Assembly: GCA_963663035.1 (NCBI GenBank)
Contig: OY760074.1
Coordinates: 960,001 to 1,024,000 of the forward strand
Reading direction: 5' to 3'
DNA from: Acidobacteriota bacterium
Lineage (GTDB): Bacteria > Acidobacteriota > UBA6911 > RPQK01 > JADFOI01
Length of the DNA stretch: 64,000 nt
The translations under genes and the position numbers were made by a program. The notes under the pieces are model-generated. The model searched no databases and was not told where the DNA came from. It saw only the letters and a program-made list of their open reading frames with translations. Shown here piece after piece: positions 19,815 to 28,409 of this stretch (positions within the stretch are counted from its first letter, which is position 1; each line of letters starts with the position of its first letter).

Positions 19815-21374
19815 ATGAAAATCGAGACCGCATTGTTGAGTGTTTACGATAAAGAAGGGGTGGTCGAGCTGGCCGAGCGCCTGACGGAAATGAAGATCCA
19901 GATCCTCTCCACGGGAGGCACAGCGGGGGTTTTGAAGAAGGCTGGCATACCGGTGATTGCCGTCTCTGACTACACCGGGTCTCCCGAGATTTTGGATGGT
20001 CGGGTCAAAACGCTGCATCCTCGGATTCACGGGGGTATCCTGGCCCGTCATGGTGATTCCGCTCACCAGGCTGTCCTCCAGGAAAACGAGATATCAGCCA
20101 TTGGCCTGGTGGTCGTGAACCTCTATCCCTTCAGCAAGACGATCGAAAGGGAAGGGGTGACCATGGAGGAGGCCATTGAGCAGATTGATATTGGAGGGCC
20201 CACCATGATTCGTGGCGCCGCCAAGAATCATAAATACACCACGGTGCTGGTGGACCCGTCCGATTATTTGGAAGTTCTGGCGGAGATGGGTGAGCAGGCC
20301 GGAGAAACCAAAGAAGCCACCCGCCGCCGCCTGGCCAGTAAAGCGTTTCATCATACAGCCGGCTATGATGCGGCCATTGCTGGTTACTTTGAGGACCAGC
20401 AGTCACCGACAGAGGCTTTGCCCACCACGATCAATCTGGCCTTGATGCAGAAAAGCTCTCTTCGCTACGGTGAGAACCCTCATCAGGCAGCAGGGCTTTA
20501 CCAGCCCTGGTTCTCGCCCAGCGCGGGCTTGGTGAGTGCCAAACAACACCAGGGAAAGGAACTGTCCTTCAATAACTACCTTGATCTGGAGTCTGCCTGG
20601 AATTTCTGCAGTGAATTTGAGGAGCCCTGCTGTGTCATTATCAAACACACCAACCCCTGCGGTGCAGCCCAGAGTTCCGAGCTGCCGGAGGCCTATGAAA
20701 AAGCGCTGGCCTGCGACCCCCTCTCTGCTTTTGGCTCGGTTGTGGCTTTTAACCGCGAGGTCAATGGGGATACGGCCGAGCTGATGAGGTCGCTTTTCAT
20801 TGAAGCGGTGATCGCCCCTGGATTTCATGGGGATGCTCTGGAACTCTTTTCCAAGAAGAAGAATCTCCGCGTCATGGAGATGGGAGAAAATGCCCTTCAG
20901 CGGGATCCGGCGGGAAAATGGTTCGATTTCAAGAAGATCTCGGGAGGGTTTCTGGTCCAGAACAAGGACCTCTATTACATGAAGAGAGGGGAACTCAAGA
21001 CGGTGACAGAGCGCGCCCCGACAGACGATGAAACCGATGACCTGCTCTTCGCCTGGGTGGTCTCGAAGCACGTGAAATCGAATGCCATCGTCTACGCGCG
21101 CGGCGGACAGACGGTTGGAATTGGCGCCGGCCAGATGAGCCGGGTGGATTCCGTTCGCCTGGGGGCGGAAAAGGCCCAGCTGAGCCTGGAAAATAGTGTG
21201 CTGGCCAGCGACGGGTTCTTCCCTTTCCGCGACGCCATCGACGAGGCCGCCGGGGCCGGTGTGAAAGCAGTCATTCAGCCGGGAGGATCCATCCGAGACG
21301 AAGAAGCCATCGCTGCAGCCAATGAGCACGGCATGGCGATGGTCTTTACGGGCATCCGCCACTTCAAGCACTGA
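19815..21374 (+). CDS. purH: Bifunctional AICAR transformylase/IMP cyclohydrolase
   Basis: [37 protein letters not shown]. Confidence 0.98.
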   Translation: MKIETALLSVYDKEGVVELAERLTEMKIQILSTGGTAGVLKKAGIPVIAVSDYTGSPEILDGRVKTLHPRIHGGILARHGDSAHQAVLQENEISAIGLVVVNLYPFSKTIEREGVTMEEAIEQIDIGGPTMIRGAAKNHKYTTVLVDPSDYLEVLAEMGEQAGETKEATRRRLASKAFHHTAGYDAAIAGYFEDQQSPTEALPTTINLALMQKSSLRYGENPHQAAGLYQPWFSPSAGLVSAKQHQGKELSFNNYLDLESAWNFCSEFEEPCCVIIKHTNPCGAAQSSELPEAYEKALACDPLSAFGSVVAFNREVNGDTAELMRSLFIEAVIAPGFHGDALELFSKKKNLRVMEMGENALQRDPAGKWFDFKKISGGFLVQNKDLYYMKRGELKTVTERAPTDDETDDLLFAWVVSKHVKSNAIVYARGGQTVGIGAGQMSRVDSVRLGAEKAQLSLENSVLASDGFFPFRDAIDEAAGAGVKAVIQPGGSIRDEEAIAAANEHGMAMVFTGIRHFKH

Positions 21375-21390
21375 TCTCTGGGAGAGGACC

Positions 21391-22164
21391 ATGATACTAG
21401 CCATCGATATCGGAAATTCGCACTTGGTCTTGGGCATTTTTGACCGCGATCGACTCGCCCACTCGTGGAGAGTGGTGACGCGCACAGATCAGACCTATGA
21501 CGAGTGCGCTGTGATGTGCACCAATCTGTTTGGACTCAAGGGGATCTTTGCTCAGGACATTGAGGGCATGATCATCTGCTCGGTGGTTCCGCCGCTGAAC
21601 GAGGCCTATGAGTTGCTGGGCAAGAGATACTTCTCCCTGGACGCGCTGTTTGTCGACACCACCCAGCAGAGCCTGATGCCCATTTCTGGCTATCAGCCTC
21701 CATCGGACGTGGGTGCTGATCGCATCGTCAATGCTGTGGCCGCCTTTGACAAGGTGGGCGGGCCTGTCATTGTGGTGGATTTTGGGACCGCCACGACTTT
21801 TGATGCCATCTCTGAAAAAGGGGAATACCTGGGCGGAATCATTGCTCCCGGGCTGGGCATCTCTGCGGAGGCGCTGGTCAGCCGGGCCTCCAAACTGCCT
21901 CCCATCGAGATCAAGAAGCCCCCTCAGGTGATCGGAGACTCCACGGTGACCAGTATGCAGTCAGGGCTGTACTTTGGTTACCTTGGCCTGGTGGAGGGGA
22001 TTCTCGGCAAGATGAAGGAGGAGTTGGGAGAGGTCCAGGTGGTGGCTACCGGAGGTCTGGCCGCCCTTGTGGCTGCCGATTCGGAGGCGATAGACCGCGT
22101 AGAGGAAAACCTGATCCTCTATGGATTGAATATCTTTTATAGAGATATGAGAAAAGAGGGTTGA
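21391..22164 (+). CDS. coaX: Type III pantothenate kinase
   Basis: [27 protein letters not shown]. Confidence 0.96.
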   Translation: MILAIDIGNSHLVLGIFDRDRLAHSWRVVTRTDQTYDECAVMCTNLFGLKGIFAQDIEGMIICSVVPPLNEAYELLGKRYFSLDALFVDTTQQSLMPISGYQPPSDVGADRIVNAVAAFDKVGGPVIVVDFGTATTFDAISEKGEYLGGIIAPGLGISAEALVSRASKLPPIEIKKPPQVIGDSTVTSMQSGLYFGYLGLVEGILGKMKEELGEVQVVATGGLAALVAADSEAIDRVEENLILYGLNIFYRDMRKEG

Positions 22165-22865
22165 ATAATTATTTCAACTACTTCACAGAAGTTGAGGAGC
22201 ATTTCGCCAGGAAGCGGGGCAAGGGCTTGCTGGTTTCCCCACTGGACTGGTGCCTGATTGAACTGTGGAGAGACAGTGGTATTCCTCTGCACATCGTCCT
22301 GCGGGGGATTGAAAGAAGCTTCGAATCGGTAGAAAAAAGACAAAAAAAAGCCCCCAACACTCTCTTTTACTGTCACCAGGCGATTCTTGAAGCCTTCGAA
22401 GAATACAATCAAGCCATGCTGGGTACTTCTCCCCAAGCCGGGGAAGCTGAGGCCGCATCAGTCTCGTCTGCAGATCCCGCCCAACTCGAAGCTGTCTTGA
22501 GTTATCTTCAAGAACTCGAAAATTTTCTGAAGGCGAAATCCAGTGAGGTGTTTGAAAGGTCCAGTGGACGGGTTTCCGCTTTGAAATCGGAACTTCTCTC
22601 TGCTCAGTCCGCCGATTTTCGGGCGCTGGATCGCGACCTCGTTCAAATTGGAGTCCTGCTGGCTGAGGCTCTGAAAGAGGAGTTGGGTTCAGAGAAGGTC
22701 AAGGAGCTACGCGGGGAGGTGAGACAAGAGATGAGGATTTACCGCAAGCGCCTCTCCAAGGAAATGTACCAGCGTCTGGAGAACTCTTACCTGGATCGCA
22801 AGATCCTGGCTTTTCACGGTCTCCCGGAATTCAGCCTGCTGGGCGTGGAGATGGCGGAAGAGTAG
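22161..22865 (+). CDS. Conserved hypothetical protein coupled to coaX
   Basis: TTG start overlaps coaX stop; NYFNYFTEVEEHF...SPLDW. Confidence 0.75.
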   Translation: MNNYFNYFTEVEEHFARKRGKGLLVSPLDWCLIELWRDSGIPLHIVLRGIERSFESVEKRQKKAPNTLFYCHQAILEAFEEYNQAMLGTSPQAGEAEAASVSSADPAQLEAVLSYLQELENFLKAKSSEVFERSSGRVSALKSELLSAQSADFRALDRDLVQIGVLLAEALKEELGSEKVKELRGEVRQEMRIYRKRLSKEMYQRLENSYLDRKILAFHGLPEFSLLGVEMAEE

Positions 22866-22889
22866 CAGTTCAAGTTCCAGGGGAACCAG

Positions 22890-23366
22890 ATGGTAGAGTT
22901 CGTCAACGAAAACTTTTTCACGATCTGGTTGATCTTCGCGGCCTGGCCTGTCGGCCTCTTCAGCTGGCTTCTCTGGCGTCGCCATCAGCGGGGTTCCATC
23001 TTTCCAGAGGTACCGCCAGAGCAGATTCGTTTTAAGGAGAGCTTCGCCTCGGGTCGATCACATAAGAATTGGCGCACGCGTATGGGTTCTGCCGCAAATT
23101 GCTTGAAGATTACGGTAACGGACGAAGAACTTTGGGTAGTGCCGGTTTTCCCTTTCTCCGCCCTTGCGAAATACTCTGATCTGGAGCATCGTGTTCGGAA
23201 AGAGGACATAACCCAGGTGACGGAACGGCGGCAACTTTTCATCCGCTCGTTCCTGATCGATTTCCTGGATCAGGATGGTCAGAGTCATCGAATACAGATT
23301 CATCCCAGGCGGTGGCGCCAATTCAAGGAGGCACTGGGCAATGTGGGAGAAGGTGAGGGACAGTAA
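22890..23366 (+). CDS. Hypothetical protein with N-terminal TM
   Basis: 158-aa ORF filling the gap. Confidence 0.65.
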   Translation: MVEFVNENFFTIWLIFAAWPVGLFSWLLWRRHQRGSIFPEVPPEQIRFKESFASGRSHKNWRTRMGSAANCLKITVTDEELWVVPVFPFSALAKYSDLEHRVRKEDITQVTERRQLFIRSFLIDFLDQDGQSHRIQIHPRRWRQFKEALGNVGEGEGQ

Positions 23367-23418
23367 TCTTTTCTGTGCCCTCGTGTTAGCCACGGTAACG
23401 TGGCTTCCCTCCACCGCG

Positions 23419-23970
23419 TCATTCACTCACTCGCTTGATTAACCGGTTGGATGGTTCCTGTGCGGGGTCGACGACTTTGCGAGAGGCCTCGATCCCCGTC
23501 GCGGGGAGTTTCTCCGCGTCGATCAAGCCGACCTGCGCGAGTACGGAGGCTTGGTCCCAGTAGATGCGCTCACCGGCGATCTTGCCGTCTTTAAACTGCA
23601 CAACCACGATGACGGCAACTTCGACCCGTTTGCCCGTCGGCGGTACGCCGGGAAGAATCCACGGCATTTCGATCGTGTGGGTAAACTGGTGAATCAGTTC
23701 GTCCACTACGCGGTCATCTCCAACCGTGCGAGCGATTGGTATGGTTTCGATGTCCGGTGGATGGCCGGGGAGGAAATAAGTGCTGTAGAAGTGGTGGACT
23801 TCACTGGAGCCAACGCCACCTGTCATTACGGGGACATGATTGACGAAGGGCTCCGACGTCATTGTCGCCATCGTCGCGTTGATACTCTTCTCCTCGAACT
23901 CGGCCGCCATGTGCTGCTCCCATACCTCGACCATCGCCTGCTGTTCCGGAGTAAGGTGACGACTATTCAT
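23419..23970 (-). CDS. SnoaL-like ester cyclase family protein
   Basis: PFVNHVPVMTGG, FTHTIEMPWILPGVPPTGK, ERIYWDQASVL; GGAGG RBS. Confidence 0.9.
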   Translation of the reverse strand: MNSRHLTPEQQAMVEVWEQHMAAEFEEKSINATMATMTSEPFVNHVPVMTGGVGSSEVHHFYSTYFLPGHPPDIETIPIARTVGDDRVVDELIHQFTHTIEMPWILPGVPPTGKRVEVAVIVVVQFKDGKIAGERIYWDQASVLAQVGLIDAEKLPATGIEASRKVVDPAQEPSNRLIKRVSE

Positions 23971-23992
23971 GGTTTCTCGAGCCTCCCTCGTG

Positions 23993-24186
23993 TTAGCCAG
24001 CCCCTTCAAGAGTGCGTTCAAGAATGAGGCTGGCATGGCCATTCTTGCTGAAAACCTCGTCACCGCGATACTCAACGATGGTGCGAAAACCGAGCTTTAT
24101 CCAAGCGCGCAAGTCGGCCAGTTTTTCAGGTACACTTGAAGCCAAACAGCTCGGTACTTTCCAAGACCTTCAAGTTCTCTGGCGAA
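23993..24186 (-). pseudogene. C-terminal remnant of a GNAT-like acetyltransferase (frameshifted)
   Basis: FARELEGLGKYRAVWLQVYLKNWP / LRAWIKLGFRTIVEYRGD...LILERTLEGAG* across a 1-nt shift near 24113. Confidence 0.65.
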
Positions 24187-25102
24187 CCTTCTCGCGGGAA
24201 GGGTTTCCACTGTACTCCGTGTAATTACCCGGTTTTCCTCCCGCTTCGAGAATCGCATCCATGCTGGTGAGAGAAGCACCGCCGCCGCTGGCCAGTACGG
24301 CGATATTTCCGTCGAACTCGAGAAAAGTTTTCCCGGCCACGCCACGATGATCGTGATAGTCGATCTTGCGTGCTTCGAGAGCACCTTCACTGAGCAGGCT
24401 CAGATCTTCGGCATCGGTGACATCGGAGAAAACCCTCTGGCGGGACACAGCGCTGTCATCAATGGTGATCTTGGCGTCTCCGGCAAAGAGCATGCCTTCA
24501 GGAGTCTTGATGATGGGATTGATTTCCAGTAAGCGACAGTCATAGCGTCTGAAGCATGTATAGGCTTTGCTGATAAAAGAAGCAAGCTGGAGGATCTCAC
24601 GTTTGCTGAATCCTGCAGCTTTCACCAGCTCACGCGCCTGAAAGCTGTGCAATCCCTCCAGGGCGGAGACATGGATGCTGTGCGGCCTTTCCTCGTCTTC
24701 AACGTTTATCCCTCCGCTTCGCGAGAAAAGAACCATGGGCTTCCGCTCCCGGGTGTCGTAGAGGATCGAGAGATAATATTCCTCCTGAATGTCCAGTTCT
24801 TTCTCGATGAGCAGGGTGGTAATCGGCACATCGTTCCACTCCATTTGGTAGAGTGTATCGATTTGCTGGAGAGATTTCTCGTAATTGTCGGCTTCAACGA
24901 TGAGCCCTTTCTTCTTTCGTCCGCTGGTGGCCACTTGAGCTTTCAGAATCACATGACCGTGGTGCTCAAAGAAAAATTCATTGTAACGTTCCGTGTGATA
25001 GGAAAGGTTGATGTAGCTCTTGTTGTTGGTGACAATACCCCGGGGTATCCTGATTCCGCAGGACCGTAGGAGTTCTTTTCCCTTGTATTCAAGAAGTTGC
25101 AT
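24170..25102 (-). pseudogene. Truncated ATP-citrate lyase beta / succinyl-CoA-synthetase-beta-like ATP-grasp protein
   Basis: LLEYKGKEL, EINP, DAK, ASGGGAS, NYTEYSGNP; ends shortly after the last motif. Confidence 0.75.
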
Positions 25103-25157
25103 GGGCTGTTCCGGCTAGATGATAAGACGAAATTCAGTAGGAAAGCAATGCGCTGGA

Positions 25158-26156
25158 TCAACGGTGCAAAGACGAAAAAGTCCGACCGACCAATTTCCCC
25201 TTCGCCTGATTTGACTCCATGTAGGAATGGGCCTCAGCCAGTTGATCCAGCTCGAAAACTCGATCAAGCGTCACCCGAAGTCGACCATCTTCAACTGCCC
25301 TCACGACCTTGTTGAGTGCCTCGGTGGCGCCGGCCGCATCCACGGCATCGCTCTGGAAGGTGGTGAGTCGCACCGTTGACGGTATGTCTGCCATGGGCTC
25401 GAACTTCTCCAGGGTCCAGGCGTTTCCCAAGATCCCCGTGTTGCACACCACCCCCTTGGGAGCTGCTGCCTGTAGAGAGTCGAGCAGCGTGGTGGTCCCT
25501 ACAAGCTCCAGCACATGAGAAACTCCTTCGGGTACCAGCGCCCGGACTTCTGGAGCAATGGACCCGCTGTCGATGACCACATGATCGGCGCCGTTTGCCT
25601 CCAGGGCAGAGCGCTTGCTCTCGCTCCGCGTGGTCGCGATGACTCGGGCACCCAGGCTCTTGGCGAGAGTGCATGCCGCCATGCCGACCGATGATGAGCC
25701 GCCGCGGATAAAGAGAGTATCGTCTTCGCTGACTTCTAAGGCGTCCACCAGCGACCCCCAGGCAGTGAGGAACGTTTCCGGGAGGGCGGCCAGCGTTGCC
25801 CAGTCGAGAGTGCTCTCGATGGGTATGACCTGAGACTCCGGTACCAGGGTGTATTCTGCGTAGCTGCCGTCAAAGGCCCTGCCCATGCCGCCCATGACAG
25901 CGGCGACTTTGCTCCCGGGCTGAAAGTCGGAGCCTGCTCCAGCTGACTCAACCATCCCGACGCACTCGATCCCGAGGATGCGGGGAAACTCGACTGCGGA
26001 CCCGGAGTGGCCCTGGCGAGTGAACATCTCGGAACGGTTGAGGCCAAACGCCATCACCCGGATCAGGACCCACCCGTCACGAACATCCGGCTTCGGCACC
26101 TCGGTCAGGGTTAAGACTTCGGGGGGACCCGGCTCACTGACTACAATTGCCTTCAT
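25158..26156 (-). CDS. Medium-chain dehydrogenase / quinone oxidoreductase-like protein
   Basis: AFGLNRSE, GIECVG, GSYAEY, RGGSSSVG, AKGKLV. Confidence 0.92.
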   Translation of the reverse strand: MKAIVVSEPGPPEVLTLTEVPKPDVRDGWVLIRVMAFGLNRSEMFTRQGHSGSAVEFPRILGIECVGMVESAGAGSDFQPGSKVAAVMGGMGRAFDGSYAEYTLVPESQVIPIESTLDWATLAALPETFLTAWGSLVDALEVSEDDTLFIRGGSSSVGMAACTLAKSLGARVIATTRSESKRSALEANGADHVVIDSGSIAPEVRALVPEGVSHVLELVGTTTLLDSLQAAAPKGVVCNTGILGNAWTLEKFEPMADIPSTVRLTTFQSDAVDAAGATEALNKVVRAVEDGRLRVTLDRVFELDQLAEAHSYMESNQAKGKLVGRTFSSLHR

Positions 26157-26172
26157 TTTTCACCCAATGGAC

Positions 26173-26832
26173 TCACGGATCAGGGGCATACCGGGGGTAA
26201 TGGCTACGATACCCGAGCAGCCGAGCGATAGGGCCAATGACCCAGTAGAGGGCCCGCTGGAGCGCCACCGGGGGTCCCCCCAACCAGGAATCATATGCTG
26301 GGCTGAAGCGCGACATTTGCAGAAGGGCGCGAGGGAGTAAGCCGTTCTCCGGTGCGGCATCGAAAAAGCCGTAGGCTTGTGCAAGAAAGATGCCGAACCG
26401 ATCGGGCAGGGCGTACTCCGGCGTGAGAGGGCCCGAAACAATGGCTTCCTCTTGGGTCGGGTTGAACGGCTTATGAACGACTCCCGGCGCAACCAGGAAC
26501 TCCTCCCCGGCATGCAGGTGAACGACTTCGCCATCGGCGAGGACAGCCACTGTTCCGCGCTGCACGCGGAAGCGCTCGGCAAAAGTCGTGTGTACGTGAA
26601 GAGGCGGACCAGGCGCATGTGGGTGAAGGGTTAGCTCCGACCAGATCAGACCCGGCTGGTGCCGCATGATTCGCTGCGTGAACCCTTCGGATTTGCTGTG
26701 GAAGACTTGCCCAAACTTTGGAACGAACTCCGATCCAGCTTCGGGCTCAGGGAACACAACACGATCCAACAAAGGCCCGACCACAAGGAGAAGAACGAGG
26801 ATGCTCGCCAGACCTGAAAAAAAGTACAGCAA
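26173..26832 (-). CDS. Cupin domain protein with N-terminal TM
   Basis: PPLHVHTTFAERF...PGVVH. Confidence 0.82.
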   Translation of the reverse strand: MLYFFSGLASILVLLLVVGPLLDRVVFPEPEAGSEFVPKFGQVFHSKSEGFTQRIMRHQPGLIWSELTLHPHAPGPPLHVHTTFAERFRVQRGTVAVLADGEVVHLHAGEEFLVAPGVVHKPFNPTQEEAIVSGPLTPEYALPDRFGIFLAQAYGFFDAAPENGLLPRALLQMSRFSPAYDSWLGGPPVALQRALYWVIGPIARLLGYRSHYPRYAPDP

Positions 26833-26889
26833 ATCCTCACCTCCACGAGATGAGGACAGTCATCTTGTCTGCTCCTTCGTTAGGCTGCT

Positions 26890-27306
26890 TCATTGGTTCA
26901 CCACGAGGCATCCCGCCATCATATCGTGGAGACCCTGCTTCTTTTCAGTAAACGCCACCATGGTGAAACCCACCAGGAGGATAACGGTAGAGATGATCTT
27001 TCCGAAATATCGTCCTGCCGCCTTTCCGAAGCCAATCGGGTTTCCTTCCAAGTCGGTCACTTTGATTCCAAGGGCCATCTTTCCGAGTGTTGCTTGGGTT
27101 GGGGAGGACTCCATGACGCAAAAGTAGAGCCATCCGATGAAGAAACCGAGGATGTTTCCGATAACTTCCAGCACTTCAGGGTCATCGACGCCGCCCAAGA
27201 CCAGGATGATGCCGAACATGAATCCAATCGCAAAACTGCCAATCATGGTGATGATAGTGTCAATGATGAAAGCTGCGAATCTCTTCCAAAACCCTGCGTA
27301 GCTCAT
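26890..27306 (-). CDS. RDD family membrane protein
   Basis: YAGFWKRFAAFIID, QATLGK, KQGLHD. Confidence 0.93.
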   Translation of the reverse strand: MSYAGFWKRFAAFIIDTIITMIGSFAIGFMFGIILVLGGVDDPEVLEVIGNILGFFIGWLYFCVMESSPTQATLGKMALGIKVTDLEGNPIGFGKAAGRYFGKIISTVILLVGFTMVAFTEKKQGLHDMMAGCLVVNQ

Positions 27307-27517
27307 TGTTGTCTCCCTTTTGTGTTGCCGAACAATGTCTGTGCTGGTCAACATAATATCCAAAGTTTCCGCATAAGATGCAAGCAGAAATCGGCGCAGC
27401 AGGAAATGCGGACCGAAGGGGGAATGCATGGACGCAGGGTGGAAGGTTGGAGGCAGGAGAGGTGGCTCAGGCAAAGGATCTACCAGAACCACCTGACTCA
27501 CTCACGAAACCACGAAC

Positions 27518-27907
27518 TCAGAGCACATCCTGGGTTCCAGAGCGGAAATAGAACACGTAGATAAAGCCGCCTGGAAACTCTCTGGTCTTCGTATAGTCAA
27601 CCACAATATCGATGTCCGGCTTGTGTTGGAATCTGTAGACTCGGACGTTCTCCGCTTGAACACTGAATTGTCTGGCCTGACCCAACTCGACCACTTGCTG
27701 GACAATGGATTGAGTGTCCTGTTGACTGATCTCCGAGCGACTGACCAGATCGAGCAGTCCCTCCTGAAAGGTTCCCTGTGCCGCGTAAATGGGAAGAATG
27801 ATGTAACCCAGGTAACCCAGAATGGCAAAAAGCATAGACATCACTATGAAATTTGAAGTTTTCTCTCTGCGTTTTTTTCGTCGTAGAGCGACTAAAGCAT
27901 GCGCCAT
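27518..27907 (-). CDS. Hypothetical membrane-anchored protein (DUF4845-like)
   Basis: Basic N-terminus, one TM ending ILPIY; GGAAAGGA upstream. Confidence 0.6.
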   Translation of the reverse strand: MAHALVALRRKKRREKTSNFIVMSMLFAILGYLGYIILPIYAAQGTFQEGLLDLVSRSEISQQDTQSIVQQVVELGQARQFSVQAENVRVYRFQHKPDIDIVVDYTKTREFPGGFIYVFYFRSGTQDVL

Positions 27908-28055
27908 TGGCTGTCCTTTCCTTGAGAAGTGATTAATTGTTTATGATTCTGACTCTATCGGAAAAATTAGACAGTGATACTCGTCACTGACCGCATGGCC
28001 GGTGGCGAAAAGCTTGCGATGGGGGACTCACAGAAGAGGGGGACAGGCGCCTGCT

Positions 28056-28331
28056 TTACTCGATTTCGCTGATCAAGGTGAAGAGCTCCTCGCGGGTGAA
28101 CTTATTGAGTGCGACGATGCGGGCTTCCGGGCGAAACTGCGGCGGCACCTGCTGCATCGCTCCCTCCCGACTGTCGACATCGGCGATTACCCAGGCGGAA
28201 TGTATGCCATCTTTGCAGCCCCAGTCCGCGTGGGTAAAGAAGTGGGCTCCGTATTTCTCGATCGCTTCAATCGCTCTTACGCAGGCGGCGTGCTCATCAT
28301 CATGTGTCAACTCGATCAAATATCGAGGCAT
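28056..28331 (-). CDS. Small hypothetical protein
   Basis: MPRYLIELTH...WGCKDGIH, 91 aa, GGGG RBS. Confidence 0.7.
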   Translation of the reverse strand: MPRYLIELTHDDEHAACVRAIEAIEKYGAHFFTHADWGCKDGIHSAWVIADVDSREGAMQQVPPQFRPEARIVALNKFTREELFTLISEIE

Positions 28332-28409
28332 GGGTTCAGCCCCTTTTTCTAAAGCTCTTGCAGAATGAAAAATCAAAACCTATCAAGTTTCCAACCTTGA
28401 ATCAACGGT

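Noticed and set aside
24170-24172. TGA ending the ACL-like ORF as possible selenocysteine (selA is present)
   Set aside because: Downstream sequence reads as GNAT in other frames, not as ACL; no SECIS-like hairpin recognised.
22890-28400. Complete integron
   Set aside because: No integrase and no full attC pairing; only core-like heptamers, reported as weak findings.
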